From positions 5,216,001-5,280,000 of the forward strand of contig OZ242214.1 in the NCBI GenBank assembly GCA_965206595.1: a stretch of DNA of 64,000 bases. Direction: 5' to 3'. The translations under genes and the position numbers were made by a program. Shown piece by piece: positions 19,533-29,774 of this stretch; positions within the stretch are counted from its first letter, which is position 1; every line of letters begins with the position of its first letter. The notes beneath the pieces were generated by a model, which was not told the DNA's origin, searched no databases, and worked only from the letters and a program-made list of their open reading frames with translations. This DNA is from Candidatus Latescibacterota bacterium. GTDB taxonomy: Bacteria; Latescibacterota; UBA2968; UBA8231.

Positions 19533-20546
19533 TGACACTGACTACAAAAAGCTGCCGGCTGCTGCTTGGGGTAGTGGTTTTCGTATTCGCCGGAGCAGAT
19601 ACGGCAAATGCCCAAAGGGCACAGGATATTGCCAGGAAAGCCTTCAGTTCTACCGTTCTGTTTGGTCATGGAGGACGCAAACGGCCAACCGCTTTCCTTG
19701 GGCAGCGGCTTCTTCGTTGGTGCCGGACAGATCGCCAGTAACCTGCATGTCGTCGAAGGGGCGGTGCGCGGCTACGCTAAGCTGGTCGGTCAGAGGACGA
19801 AGCACGACCTTGAAGGCATCACAGCAGTTGATCCCGAACGAGATCTGGTCGTGCTCAAGATCGCAGTCGCGGGAGCGCCGGTCCTGGCTTTTGGTAACAG
19901 CGATGCCGTGCAGGTTGGAGAACCCATTTACGCCGTAGGCAATCCCCAGGGATTGGAGGGCACGTTCTCTCAAGGAGTCGTGAGCAGTATCCGCGAGGTT
20001 GGCATTGATCAGATTCTCCAAATCACGGCTCCGATCTCGCCCGGTAGCAGCGGCGGTCCCGTTCTCAACGGTAAGGGTGAGGTCATAGGTGTTTCCGTTG
20101 CGACTTTCAGAGGCGGACAGAACCTGAATTTCGCCATCCCTTCAAATTACTTGAAGACGCTACTTGGGAAGGCGGGGCCGCCGAAGGCACTTTCACAAGT
20201 GAAACCGATCAAGGTTCAGCATTCGATTTTGGCAGGCCTCGGAGGGCGTAGCTTGGAAGGGGTTGTCGGTAGTCATTTTTCCTGGACTGATATTTCATCC
20301 TGGGGGCATTATACCTTTTCTGTTCGCAACCAGCTACGCGAGCCGGTAAGGGATGTTGTCTGCGTGGTCATCTTTTTTGCGCGGGACGGGCTGCCGATAG
20401 AAACTGAGAAGGTCACGATATTTGGCCCCGTAGGCGGGAATCTAGCCCGGCGCTCCGCGCGGATGGGTCGCGGGTCCGCAGATCAGGTGCGGAACCTGAC
20501 AGCGAGAACCGAGATACGCATTTTGGACTTCCGGTTGGGAGAATGA
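19532..20546 (+). CDS. Secreted trypsin-like (S1C/HtrA-type, no PDZ) serine protease; +1 frameshift at T3 19661-19663
   Basis: AAGGAG RBS; signal peptide MTLTTKSCRLLLGVVVFVFAGADTANA; GSGFFV, SNLHVV (His), RDLVVL (Asp), ISPGSSGGP (Ser). Confidence 0.82.
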
Positions 20547-20602
20547 CTTGTGCAAATAACCTCCTTCGGCCCAAAGAGCGAGAGCGTTGGGAGGCTTAGA
20601 CT

Positions 20603-21343
20603 GTGGAGATAGTGGAAAATGGCATGAGGAGAACCTGGGATCCGTTCTGGATTAGCGCATTCCAAACTGAATTCGTGCCTGAACTCAATGCAATCGTAGA
20701 TGTATTCGAGAACCGGCTGCTTCCCAATCTCAAGGAGGGTGAAATCGCAGAGGAGTCGCAGAGGATCCAAGAAGAAGCGTTTGAGCGATTCATGTCGATG
20801 CCGGGTACTGGAGAGGAGGGTCCTTCCGTAATTGCAGAAAAAGCGGAAACGGCTGGAATCTCACATTACATCTTGATGAACGGCATTCGCCAAGGGATGC
20901 TCAACTTGAGTGCGACAATGCTCTTCCATGCTTTTGAACAACAGGTCATCTCCTTTCATCGGAAGAACGTGTTGTCTGAGAGCGAGGAAAATGACCCGGA
21001 GCAGTTCAAATTGTCGGTGTTCCAGTGTCGATTGAAGGAGTGTGGCATCGACATAGGGAAATTTCCCTCTTGGCCGAAGATATATGATGAACTGCGCTTG
21101 GTAGCCAATGCGGTTAAACACGCCGAGGGGAGCTCGTCTCATAAACTGCGCAAGATTCGGCCAGACATTTTCCAGAATCCGCATTTCTCAGGTTTTTCAG
21201 AGTTCTTATCTGGCCTCGGGTCACAGGTATTTCAGCCACTTGTCCGCGATGGTTTATACGTGTCCGTCCAAGATATCAAGGACTACCGTGATCATCTGGT
21301 ACGGTTTTGGTCGGAACTCGCCGATGCTATGAAATGCACCTGA
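20603..21343 (+). CDS. Hypothetical helical protein, possibly HEPN-like
   Basis: Intact ORF (start 20603 or ATG 20624), lower GC; MLFHAFEQQV and IYDELRLVANAVKHAEG resemble HEPN helices. Confidence 0.6.
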   Translation: MEIVENGMRRTWDPFWISAFQTEFVPELNAIVDVFENRLLPNLKEGEIAEESQRIQEEAFERFMSMPGTGEEGPSVIAEKAETAGISHYILMNGIRQGMLNLSATMLFHAFEQQVISFHRKNVLSESEENDPEQFKLSVFQCRLKECGIDIGKFPSWPKIYDELRLVANAVKHAEGSSSHKLRKIRPDIFQNPHFSGFSEFLSGLGSQVFQPLVRDGLYVSVQDIKDYRDHLVRFWSELADAMKCT

Positions 21344-21402
21344 CCCGTCAGTGCACATGGGAATCCGTAACAGGGCAAATCTGGATAGTAGGATGGACGT
21401 GC

Positions 21403-24400
21403 ATTGATAGTGAGCGAAGAGCCTTCGTCTCCAAGTTGGCCGAGGAGAACCGGGGGTTCTATGGATCCCCCGATGGCCGCGGCATACTACGAACATTCGA
21501 GTTGGCCTTCGAGAGTCAATGGGTATACCTGTTTGAACTTGCCCAGAATGCACTCGATGCAGGGGCACACTCCATCGCCATTCGGCTCGCAGAGGAGGGG
21601 GAGGTTCTGACCTTCCAACACGACGGAGAACAACCGCTTGACGAGAGAGACGTCGAGGGACTCTCGAAAGTCTTCCGGTCGACCAAGGGCGCCTCATCCG
21701 TGGGTTTCATGGGACTCGGTTTCAAGAGCGTTTTCGGGCGGTTTCAAGATGCCCGCGTCTCCGGGTGCGGTTGGACATTCCGCTATGAAACCACCCAAGT
21801 GGTGGGCGAGGAGTATGGAGACGTACAACGGGATCTGCTTGGGGCGGTCGTCCCGCTCTGGGACGACACGATCCCGGCACCCGAACCTGGTTTCACGACC
21901 CGCTTCGAGATGCACCGGCCAACCGAAGAAGGACGGGATCTCCAATCGGACTTGGCGCACTTTCTACCCGAGGGAAGTCGCACGATACTCGCGATCTTGG
22001 CGGCGTCCGGCCTGGAGCGCCTCGAAGTGAACGATCAAGAGTGGGAATTGGGCACCAGTGAGGAGCCCGGGGGGAGCTTGGTGGTGACCGCGTTTACGCA
22101 CGACGAAAACCGGCTCTGGCGGCTATTCCGGGCGCAATTTCGACCTTCCAGGGAAGCGGTTGCGTGTTTTCTCGAACACAGGAGAATCCAGCCTTCCGAG
22201 GAAGAGCGCGAGCAGGTCTACGCTGAAGCTGCCCGTGACCGCCGGGTGTTGGGGGTGCTGCCCCTGGACAACGACGGCATGCCCAAGCCACCGCCCAGGG
22301 GACGGGTCTGGGCCACCTTGCCCACTGAGGTTACTCTGCCTTTTGGCCTGCACATCAATGCCGACTGGCTGTTGAACATCTCCCGGACCGGGCTACGAGA
22401 GATCGAAGACAATCCCTGGCAGCGTGGTATCGCGGACAGCATCGCGGACATATTGGCGGGCTTCCTCGAGTGGTCTGCTGATACGCTTGCGGAGCCCGAC
22501 AGGGCCAAGGCGGCTTTCAATGCCCTCGCGTTGCCATCTCCCGAAGCTGGAGGACTTGAAACACTTCTTGCCAGTGAGCACTGGCTATCGGGGTTGCGGA
22601 ATCGCCTTGAAGAGGCTGCGGTGTTTCCCGTTTGGACCGGGGAAACCGGGAGGCTGGCGTTCTCGAAACCGGGCGATACCGTCGTTCCGCCCGCCGCGTT
22701 GGCGAGAGCGTTCAGCAAATATCCGGATCTGCGACCGGCGGTTCTTCTGAAAGGGTCCGTGCTCATGGGCGATGTGCTTGGACCCGATGCGCTCAAGCTT
22801 CTGCGCCGAATTGGCCTTCTCTGCGAGATGTCGCCACAAGAATTGGAGCAAGCGTGGCAGGGTGGTCTGGAAGATTGGTGGAAACAGTTCCCCGGAGAGC
22901 ACGAGAGCCGGCCGCGTCTGCTTTTTCGCCTATGGGCTGCTGTCGCCGATCTGCTTTCTGATGAGGCTTGGCGGGATGTCGATCTTCATTGCATTCGTTC
23001 CGTCGCCGGCAAATGGCACCCGGTGACCGAGGTCGTATTCCTCAACGAGAGGCTTCCTACCAAAAGGGAGCCGGGCGGATCCGAAACCCGCGGATTCGTG
23101 GAGCCGCTCGTCCCGGACGAGAACCGCCTGGGGGACGAATGGGTTGCCACCCTTCGCCAACGGAGACGCACACGAGCCTGAGCAGAAGATCCTTTCGCAA
23201 GCTTGGGATTGGATTGAGAGGCACGCCCGCGGCATCAGTCTCCAGGAGGTAGTCGAGGCTGCCGTGAACAATCTGATGTTATCAGCGAGTCCAGACTGGT
23301 CGGTGCTCGTACCACTCGGGCACTGGTCGAAGCACCGAAATCGACCTGGCCTGTTGACTCACGTGTTCGTGGTGTCGGAGACCGGTCAGCGGGGTTTGCC
23401 GGTCCGCGAGGCACTCCTGGCAATCCCCTATGTGGATTACGGTAAGGACCGTGGCCTCCTGTTTCCGGCTAACCCGGCGATCTCACCGGCTTACCTGGAC
23501 CAGGATCCAAAGCATGCAAGCTCAAGGGAATGGCGGGCGTTCTTCGAGGAAGCTGGCGCGAAGGGAGGGCTCGAAGTTCGTACTGTGAAGGAATGGGCTG
23601 GCCGAGGATGGGGGAAAGAGCGTGTTGCGGAGTTTCTGGGCTGGGAGGTTAGTGCGGTGCCTTGGCCGAATCAGGCCGGCTACGAACTTCTGGACTTCGA
23701 AATAGTACCGGAGCTTCCCGATCCAGATGCACCCGATGAACACCGAGCGGCTCTCACTACTTTGCTGGATGATAGCTTCAATGTCTTGAGAGGAAAGGGC
23801 CTACGCCAGTGCAAATACGTCTGGCGTTCGTCCTACACCTGCACGGGGGGCGCGCAGAGCGCCTGGGTGATCAAGCTATCCAAACTGGCATGGGTGCCCT
23901 GTGAAGATGGCGAACTCCGGCGTCCGCAGGACGCACTTCCAGGGGCCGACCCGGCACGGGAAGACGCACCGGTTGCGCAACTTTCGCCCGAACTCCTGTC
24001 CGTATTGGAGCAGGAAGGCGTGAAATTCGGTACGGCCATTCCCGAAGCTACATCCCTCCGCAGACTGGCGGCAGTAGGCTTCCGACTCGATGCAGAAGAG
24101 CTGGCGGAGCTTCTTTCCCAGTGCCGCCACCAGGTAACGTCGGACAAGGACAGGGGCTTGTTAGATCGAGCTCTCCAAGAGCTTACAGTTCCGTCGAGTA
24201 ACAGCCAGCGTTTCCCGCTCGATCGGATCGTCCGGCGGGTCGGGGGTAGCCACCGAGGCGGGCTGGGTGGCTGGGTCGTACCGGTGGATCGGATCGAAGA
24301 CGTGGTGCGCAGGGAATTGGAACATCCCAATTTCGCCCGCGACTTCCCGGACACTACCACCGGCGGCCAGGCTCTGGATTACATCCGGGAGGTCTGGAAG

Positions 24401-25969
24401 CGTGCCCGTTCGTCGCCCGAAGGGTTGGCGAACGAGGCGCGCGACGTGCTCCCGACCGCCTATGCCTACTGCCTGGAAGACTGTCAAGAGGATGTGGCGC
24501 TTTCTGAACAATGGGAGGAAGCCGCTACGGAGGCGGTGGTCTTTGCCGAGCGGGACTGGGTTGTCTTGACCGAGGCTGACAACACCTATTTGGACGACAT
24601 CGAAGATCGGCGATTTCTCCCAGGCCAACTCCAGGTGCGAATTGTCACGGGCGGACACCTGGGCCATTCGAAGTCGCAGCAACTTTGCACTGCGGAAGCG
24701 ATTGGCCTGCCGCTTCTGTCGTCTTCCGTCACGATGGAATGGCATTTCGGAGAAGAGACGTCTGTCGCCGAAGAGTGGGTTTCCAGGTTCGACATCATCT
24801 GTCGGCTTCTTCAACGGGTTCGGGGGAGCGAGCAAGAGGAAAGCGACAAGGTGGGAATCGAGACCGAAAAGCTCCCGAGGCTGAGCCCTGTTCGCGAGCT
24901 TGCTCTCGATGTGCGTGTGCTTGACGGTGACACCGAGCATGTGCCTGTGAACGCCCGCCTGCACGAGAGCGCTCTGACCGTCGCGGGCCGTCCGATTCAG
25001 TTCGCATCCGACGCTGCCAAGGAACTCCTACGAGAATTTTCGTTCGGACAGCGTGCAGATCTTGCTGCCGACCTCACTGGCATGTTGACCGCAATCAACG
25101 CGGAACAGGATTTCTGTTTGGCCGTGGACAAGTTCCGGCGCTCCCATGCTCCGAAATTCGAATTGCCGCCAGTGTCCCGGCTATATGGGGATCATGAAGA
25201 AGCAACGGGTCCGGGGCACGAGCCGACTCGACCGGCGAGTACCGACGCACCAGTACCAGTCGCGGACGAAAGGCCGGGAGCGGTGCCCCTCCGGGTCAAC
25301 CGGGCTCTTCCGACGCCTCTGGGCGTGGAAAGTCCAATCTGCCCGGCGATGGCAAGGCCGTCGATGACCAGACAGGACAACCCGGTGAGCTCGAGGGCGG
25401 GGGTCTGGTTTCAACGGGCGGCTCTTACACCAGGGACAGAGCTCTTGCCCAACAGAACGCCCTGGCGGAACAGTTGAGGAGTTCGCTGAAAGGGGAGATC
25501 GCGCCCAACCCTGAAGAGGACGATGCAGGCGAGACCGGGATCTCCAACGAAGACCGGCCCGCGGTTCTCGGGGACGAAGAGTACCGAAAGGTTGCGGCGC
25601 GATACGAGAGAGAAGCAGGCCGAGAGCCAGAGCTTGGCGATCCCCGTCAAACCGGCTGGGATATCCGCAGTACTGACCCGAGGACCAAGGCGGTTCGGCT
25701 GATCGAGGTGAAAGGAAGGGGCCGTCCCTGGGATGAAGACGAGGTCGTGGAGCTGACGCGCGCTCAGGATAGGCAAGGCGTTTGAAACGGCGGAAAAGCA
25801 GGCAACGGATTCGTGGTACCTCTATGCAGTGGAGAAGACGGATGACGACGGCTACCAAGTGCTCCCCATCGGGAATCCGATTCAGACCGCCGCGAAATGG
25901 ATACTTCCCGGTAAATCGTGGCGGATGGCGGCGGAGAGCCCTAAATCTGTTGCCGGTCCTGAAAACTGA
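21403..25969 (+). CDS. Large sacsin-like GHKL ATPase with C-terminal DUF3883 (NO VEIN-like) nuclease domain, split by >=3 frameshifts
   Basis: ELAQNALDAGA, FQHDG, RSTKG, VGFMGLGFKSVF, LPTEVTLPFGLHINADW; C-terminal GWDIRS...RLIEVKG...ELTRAQ continuing SWYLYAVE...PEN* (TGA 25967-25969). Start uncertain. Confidence 0.75.
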
Positions 25970-26086
25970 TCCCGGAGGTTCATCTGAGGTGCGTTCGACG
26001 AATGTCCAGCTCCCGAAAGAATCCAGGGAATTTCGGGAAAACTTCCTGCCTCCTGTTGGCAAATTCGCAATAGACCATCGCCTTGA

Positions 26087-26730
26087 GAGGGCAAGCCCCA
26101 TTTTCCGTTGAAACAAAGCACAGGCTCGGTTGAGTTGATCAGCCCGTCATGGCGAGCTGTTTGATACCGAGCTCGGCTTGCAGGGCGTGCCGTAGCGTCG
26201 GCAAGTGACGGTAGCCTTTGACCCGGCGCCTGCCCGCGCGCGGGCAGGCGGGCAGACGTGGTTCGATGTCCAGCAGCGCCGTGGCGACCCAGCGGTGACG
26301 CTGCGATGAATTGCTCCAGCGCCGCACATTGTGTGCGTCAACTGCTCAAAAAGGCCGTTGACGTTCTCGATACAGTTGGTGGTACGGAAGGTACGGAAGA
26401 ATCCTTCAGCATCGGCATCAGCCCCAAACGGTGCAGCGCCAGAGTCTCTTCCAGACCTTCCTTGAGGCTTCGCAGGGCGGACCGGTTCCTCAGCTCCAAG
26501 CCCGGTTTGAGCGCCTCCAGGGCGGCCTTGGCCTCCTCGTAGGTCGCTTGTGCGTAGGCCGCTTCCATTTTGCGACGGATACGGTCTTGCTCGCTCTTGG
26601 GCAGATACGAAACGACGTTCTGGCGCTTGTGCTGGCAGCGCTGCACGCAGGCATGCCATCCTAGCACCGACCGCACCGCCTTGTACAGTCCCTTACTCGA
26701 ATCCGGCCCGGCTTCATACTGCAATCCGGT
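26087..26730 (-). mobile_element. IS256-family insertion sequence remnant (3' part of transposase plus probable right end)
   Basis: VQRCQHKRQNVVSYLP, SLKEGLEETLALHRLG, FRTTNCIENVN, RRWSNSSQRHRWVATALLDIEPR, RVKGYRHLP over several frames; IS256-like end GTTTCAACGGAAAATGGGGCTTGCCCTC (minus strand, 26087-26114). Confidence 0.85.
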
Positions 26731-26899
26731 CGTTACCGTTCCCCGGACGTCAGGACTGCTCGGGCTGACCGCCCCGCCGACACGGAAGGGGATTGAACTG
26801 CTGGAGGACCTTGGCGTGGTTCGCGAGATCACCGGCAAGCGTCGCGGCCGCGCCTACGCTAACCACGAGTACCTTCAAGTCTTTACCGGTGACGAGTAG
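26723..26899 (+). pseudogene. C-terminal wHTH remnant of a Fic-family gene
   Basis: NPVVTVPRTSGLLGLTAPPTRKGIELLEDLGVVREITGKRRGRAYANHEYL resembles the C-terminus of the Fic protein at 5789-6949. Confidence 0.65.
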
Positions 26900-26974
26900 G
26901 TGATCCTTCCGTCCGCGATACCTGGCCTGGCAAGTTCAGTAGCCGAACAAATCCAGACCGGGATGAAGTGGCTC

Positions 26975-27015
26975 TTGCGCAAGGGCACGTGCGGCGCATC
27001 TTATCGAGATAAGAT
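26975..27015 (+). promoter_or_regulatory. TA promoter with palindromic operator ATCTTATC-GA-GATAAGAT
   Basis: TTGCGC at 26975; perfect 8-bp inverted repeat 26998-27015 over the likely -10, just before the AAGGAG RBS. Confidence 0.65.
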
Positions 27016-27030
27016 AAAAAGGAGATATAA

Positions 27031-27312
27031 ATGGACTATCTGGCGGTAAAGGATCTCAAAAAGACCAGAGAACTCTGGGAAAAGCTTGCCAGGGAGCGAG
27101 AGCTGGTCATTACCCGGGACGGCAAGCCATCGGCCTTGATGATCAGCATCTCACCGGAGACCGTGGAAGAGTCGTTGCGCGAGATACGTCGGGCGCTCTT
27201 CTCGGGCGCCGTCAGCCGGGTGCGAAAGCGGGCAGAGAAGGAAGGGATACCGGACGGCCCAACGATTGCAGCAGAGATCGATCAGAGCAGGAAGGACCAA
27301 GGCCTGTCTTGA
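27031..27312 (+). CDS. Phd/YefM-like antitoxin
   Basis: MDYLAVKDLK...RELVITRDGKPSALMI pattern; overlaps PIN gene. Confidence 0.85.
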   Translation: MDYLAVKDLKKTRELWEKLARERELVITRDGKPSALMISISPETVEESLREIRRALFSGAVSRVRKRAEKEGIPDGPTIAAEIDQSRKDQGLS

Positions 27313-27734
27313 GAGTGGTCCTCGACACCAACGTCCTGGTATCGGGGCTGATCAACCCTCACGGCTACCCCGGGCGGATTGTCGACTTGCTGCGTGTGGA
27401 CGTGTTGGAGGTCGTGGTGGATGACCGCATTCTGGCCGAGTACCACGATGTCCTTGCTCGCGAGGCTTTCGGCAGGTACTTCTCGAAGCCAGACCGGGAA
27501 GCCATACTGGACTACCTCGACAACAACGCACTGCACATCGCCCCTCACTTGGTCTTGGCCCCTTTGCCGGATCCCGGGGACACGCCGTTCCTGGAGGTGG
27601 CACTGTCCGAGGATGTGCCCCTGGTGACCGGAAATGCGAGCCACTTCCCTCCGGAAAGGCGGAGAAACTGCGAAGTGTTCAGTCCAAGGGAGTTTTTCCA
27701 CAGGCACTATCCCGCCGGGTCAAAGGGGGAATGA
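27309..27734 (+). CDS. PIN-domain toxin (PIN_3-type)
   Basis: RVVLDTNVLVSG, ILAEY, PDPGDTPFLEVA, LVTGNASHF; TTG start. Confidence 0.88.
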   Translation: MRVVLDTNVLVSGLINPHGYPGRIVDLLRVDVLEVVVDDRILAEYHDVLAREAFGRYFSKPDREAILDYLDNNALHIAPHLVLAPLPDPGDTPFLEVALSEDVPLVTGNASHFPPERRRNCEVFSPREFFHRHYPAGSKGE

Positions 27735-28944
27735 ACTCCGGGGGGCACATCAGGACCGCCAACCTCCCTCCCCGCCTGCGCGCCGCCGGACTGGTGCTGC
27801 CGCTACTGGCCTTCATCGGCCTGACCTTCGTCGCCCCCCTGGCAACCATGCTCCTGCGTAGCGTGTACGACTCGGTGGTCGCGGAAGCTCTCCCCGAAAC
27901 CCTCGGCCTGCTGCGCCAGTGGGATGGGAAGGCCCCCCCGCCGAAGCGGTGTACGAGGCAGCCGCACGAGAGCTGGCAAAGGCGCGCGCGGAGCGGACCC
28001 TCGGTCAGGTTGCCAGCCGCGTGAACCGCATTCACGGCGGACTGCGCAGCGTCCTGACCCGCAGTACGCGCAAGTTGCAGAAGGTCGGCGAAGGGCCCTG
28101 GCGCGATGCCATGATCGGAGTCGACGATGCCTGGGGGGAGGTGCGGACCTGGCACGCGATCCGCAGCGCCGGGGAACGGTTCACCGCGCGGCATTACCTG
28201 AACGCCCTCGACCTGCAACGGCTGCCCGACGGGTCGGTCGCCCGCCAGCCGGAGGAGCGCCGGATCTATCTGCCTCTGCTGTGGCGCACCCTGCTGGTGA
28301 GCCTGGGAATCACCGGGCTGTGCCTGTTGCTGGGCTACCCCATCGCCCACCTGATCGCACATGCCCCCCCGCACCGCGCCAACCTGCTTCTGGCGCTGGT
28401 GCTCGTACCGTTCTGGACCTCCCTGCTGGTGCGGACGACTTCCTGGATCGTCCTGCTTCAGAACCAGGGGGTTCTCAACGACGCCCTCGTGGCCCTGGGG
28501 CTGATCGGGGACGATGGCAGGCTAGCCATGATCTACAACATGACCGGTACCTTCGTGGCGATGACCCACGTGCTGCTCCCCTTCATGGTGCTGCCGCTCT
28601 ACTCGATCATGCGCGCCATACCTCCGGTCCAGATGAGCGCCGCGGCCTCGCTGGGGGCCAATCCGCTACAGGCTTTCTGCCGGGTGTACTGGCCGCAGAC
28701 GCTCCCCGGCGTCGGCGCCGGCTCGCTGCTGGTCTTCATCCTCGCCATCGGCTACTACATCACCCCCGCGCTGGTGGGGGGCAGCAGCGGCCAGCTGATT
28801 TCCAACATGATCGCCTACCACATGCAGACCTCCCTCAACTGGTCTCTCGCCGCGGCCCTCGGCGGCATTCTCCTGGTCTGCGTGATCGCCCTTTACTGGC
28901 TCTACGATCGCCTGGTGGGCGTCGAGCGCATGAGGCTGGGCTGA
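27731..28944 (+). CDS. Polyamine-type ABC permease (PotB-like), one base missing near 27927-27939
   Basis: LVLPLLAFIGLTFVAP then frame change to LLGYPIA, PFWTSLLVRT, THVLLPFMVLPLY, AAASLGA, GYYITPALVGG. Confidence 0.85.
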
Positions 28945-28945
28945 A

Positions 28946-29685
28946 ATGACGCCCCAGGGCAGAGAGCGCATCGTCCGGTTTGCCTACCTGGCCTTTTGCG
29001 CCGCGGTGTTCGCCTTTCTCGTGGCGCCGATTCTGGTGATCGTGCCGTTGAGCTTCAACGCCGAGCCCTACTTCACTTTCACTGACGGCATGCTGCGCCT
29101 CGACGCCGAGGCGTACTCGCTGCGCTGGTACCGCCAGATCGTCGAAGAGGATGCGTGGACGCGCGCCCTGGCCAACAGTCTGATCATCGGCGTCGCCTCC
29201 ACGGCGCTGGCGACCACACTCGGAACGCTGGCGGCCCTGGGCCTGTCGAGCGCCGCCATGCCGGCCCGCCGCCTGGCGATGGGATTGCTGATCTCGCCGA
29301 TGGTGACCCCGGTGATCATCTCGGCTGCGGGCATGTTCTTCTTCTACTCGAGTCTCGGACTGTCCCAGACCCAACGCGGGCCGCGGCCAGTCTGGGGGCG
29401 GGACCGTTGCGCACCTTCCGCAGCGTGCAGCTGCCCCTGATCGCGCCGGGGGTCGTCTCCGGTGGACTCTTCGCCTTCGCCACTTCCTTCGACGAAGTGG
29501 TCGCCGTGCTCTTCATGGCCGCCCTGGAGCAGCGCACCATCCCGCGCCAGATGTGGGCCGGCATCCGCGAGCAGATCAGCCCGACCATCCTGGCGGTGGC
29601 GACCTTCCTGATCGTCTTTGCCGTGCTGCTGCTGTTCGCCGTGGAATGGCTGCGCCGGCGGGCGAGCTCGGGAGCGGCAGCTTGA
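28946..29685 (+). pseudogene. Polyamine-type ABC permease (PotC-like) with internal deletion at ~29373
   Basis: FLVAPILVIVPLSF, SLRWY, SPMVTPVII, then jumps out of frame to RAAASLGA...FATSFDEVV; the helix normally preceding the EAA loop is absent. Confidence 0.8.
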
Positions 29686-29774
29686 TCCCGGCAGCACGCA
29701 ATGTGCACCAAGGCGCATTACCGAATGGAAACCGGGGATTTGAACCAGCTGCTGCCTGACGCGACTTTGAGAGC

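Noticed and set aside
19533-19938. Mrr-protease fusion protein
   Set aside because: The Mrr ORF overlaps the protease in a different frame; better explained by a lost stop codon.
16229-27734. Prophage, integron or ICE explanation for the island
   Set aside because: No integrase, phage or conjugation genes, and no attC-like or flanking direct repeats were recognised.
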